Of a stretch of 64,000 bases of DNA, positions 62,395 through 64,000 are shown one piece after another. Positions within the stretch are counted from its first letter, which is position 1. Each line of letters begins with the position of its first letter. This stretch comes from a bacterium (lineage in GTDB: Bacteria; Bdellovibrionota_B; Oligoflexia; Oligoflexales; RGVZ01): assembly GCA_043757325.1 (NCBI GenBank), contig JAYVPO010000116.1, positions 4,157 through 68,156 of the forward strand, in the 5' to 3' direction. The notes under the pieces were generated by a model. The model did no database searches. It was not told where the DNA came from and was given only the letters and a program-made list of their open reading frames with translations. The position numbers were made by a program, and so were the translations under genes.

Positions 62395-64000
62395 CTGCGA
62401 TTTTTAATTCGAGCATAGGAAAGTTTTAAATTTCGCGGCGAAAGCTTTTTCTCGAAGAAAATCTTTTTTTGCAAATAAAGCGCCACAAACCACACAACAA
62501 TCCCAAAAATACCCCAAGGGTCACCGCTTTTTCCGGTAGCATTTTTGTCGATCATTCCGCACCCAAACCAGCCCTTTTTGCTCGAATCTCCGCTGGTAGA
62601 ACTTGACGCAACGCCCGTCCCTGAGGGCGTCGCGATCGAAGCGCAATCGCCTATTTTTATTGTTGAAACGTAAGTATCTAAACCTCGCGGCTTGGCTAAT
62701 TCAAGCATTTTGCTGCCGTATTTCGAATTGTAGTTTACACAGTCTGTTTTAAATAAAGCCAGCATAAAATCCTGAATTCCCGAATCGCGTTGATAAAGAG
62801 AAAGCGATTGCAAAGTTAATTTTGGAAGGTCTGTGCCCATAGCCCCGCTAGTTTGTAAATCCCACAAATAACCGTTTATAAGCTGGCCTTTGCCGTGCGG
62901 GCCGTAACTGTTATACGCAGTATTATTTAAACTCAATTGACTTGCAGGAATAGTTCCCTTACGAAGGCACTTTCCAGGATCGACACAAGCAGAACTTCCA
63001 TCTGGGCAAATACTTTCGCCAAGGCATGCGTTTCCTTTGCGCGCATAGGTGAAATAATCGGCCAAACCTTCGTGTAAAATAAGCGATTCACTCTGCGCCG
63101 TAATAGTTTTCAGCGTGTTGTAAACAATATGATGACCAAATTCGTGCGAAACAACATCGTTATCTGTTCCCAAATTTTTTAAAACTCGGCCATCACCATC
63201 TCCCACGTAAATTGCCGGTTTCCCGTCGGCATTCATTTCGGCAGGCAAGTATTGGGCATTGTTTACAACATTATTTGCAAAAACCGTGTGATTTTTAATA
63301 TTCATGGGTGTCGCTGCAATCCAATTGTAGCCCAAAGACTTGGCATAATCGAACTCCATATTTGCGATCACATACGAGGCAAGTTCGCCATATTTCGGAT
63401 CTGTTTTATCTTGATCAAAACTTGTCCCCTTTAATCTATCAGTGCCTGAAGGAATGGTTGTGAAATAATCGTTTTGCAAATACCCGCTACCGTCTACTGT
63501 AATCTGAAAAGCAGTTTTCGAAGCCGCATTGATATTAGGGCTAAAAATATTCGCTACAGCTGTCGCAGTCAAAGATCCTGGACCTAACAAATAAACCTGA
63601 TCTTCTGTAGCGTATCCGGTGTAAGGCAATTCGTTTACTTTTACAATAATATACAGAACAGGCTTTAAAATTTGCCCGATTTGAAATAAACAAGCACTTG
63701 ATCTTATAAATTCCACTGTGACTACAGGTTCACTCAAAACTGCCGTTAGTTTATTTAATAAATACTTGACGGCTTCTGATCTTCTCGGAAACTCTTCGGC
63801 CAAAAATCGTTTGGGATCAGCGCGTGGAACGTGTCCCGATATTAAACTTTCGCCGTTTCGCAGGCTCATAACTTTTGCGTCTGCGTTACAGACAGGAAAA
63901 TCACTTGTATAAATATGATATTGTGTTGTGGTTAACCACGTTGTTTCATCATTGTATTTTTTAATCTGATAAAGTGGGTGAAGGTTTAGGGTGTTGCGCA
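62391..64000 (-). CDS. M4/M36-type zinc metallopeptidase with C-terminal Cys-containing membrane sorting tail (5' end outside window)
   Basis: NNAQY, DVVSHEFGH, LHEGLADY, PH..G; tail KKGWFGCG..TM..KK; the frame stays open to the window edge. Confidence 0.88.
   Translation of the reverse strand, partial: RNTLNLHPLYQIKKYNDETTWLTTTQYHIYTSDFPVCNADAKVMSLRNGESLISGHVPRADPKRFLAEEFPRRSEAVKYLLNKLTAVLSEPVVTVEFIRSSACLFQIGQILKPVLYIIVKVNELPYTGYATEDQVYLLGPGSLTATAVANIFSPNINAASKTAFQITVDGSGYLQNDYFTTIPSGTDRLKGTSFDQDKTDPKYGELASYVIANMEFDYAKSLGYNWIAATPMNIKNHTVFANNVVNNAQYLPAEMNADGKPAIYVGDGDGRVLKNLGTDNDVVSHEFGHHIVYNTLKTITAQSESLILHEGLADYFTYARKGNACLGESICPDGSSACVDPGKCLRKGTIPASQLSLNNTAYNSYGPHGKGQLINGYLWDLQTSGAMGTDLPKLTLQSLSLYQRDSGIQDFMLALFKTDCVNYNSKYGSKMLELAKPRGLDTYVSTIKIGDCASIATPSGTGVASSSTSGDSSKKGWFGCGMIDKNATGKSGDPWGIFGIVVWFVALYLQKKIFFEKKLSPRNLKLSYARIKNRR

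Overview
Bacterial chromosomal segment, most likely Bdellovibrionota/Oligoflexia-like. This is inferred from the gene repertoire, the many secreted hypothetical proteins, DUF6178, FliG_C orphans and recurring sigma28-type motifs. Housekeeping blocks: HD hydrolase-efp-accB-accC; dedA/folB/PBP1A; HIT-PMI; HU; epmA; Lon-like protease; engB; mutL; ispB; hemB; ruvC-ispZ-tRNA-Cys. An accessory region (about 12-30 kb) holds a ~2,550-aa lipoprotein adhesin followed by a decayed alternative C-terminal LamG module. Next comes a coupled TPR-lipoprotein / membrane-anchored FliG_C-like protein / beta-barrel trio, which is the best candidate for an undescribed envelope machine. The region also has secreted effector-like proteins and a ~530-nt non-coding fold-back with ~135-nt imperfect inverted arms. 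Items missing from the ORF track: a 34-aa extremely basic ORF, a hicBA pseudo-operon, and five copies of an RPE-like palindromic element, one of which overlaps the tRNA-Cys 3' end. No CRISPR array, rRNA, integrase, transposase or reverse transcriptase was seen. All family assignments are by-eye motif recognition; no searches were run.
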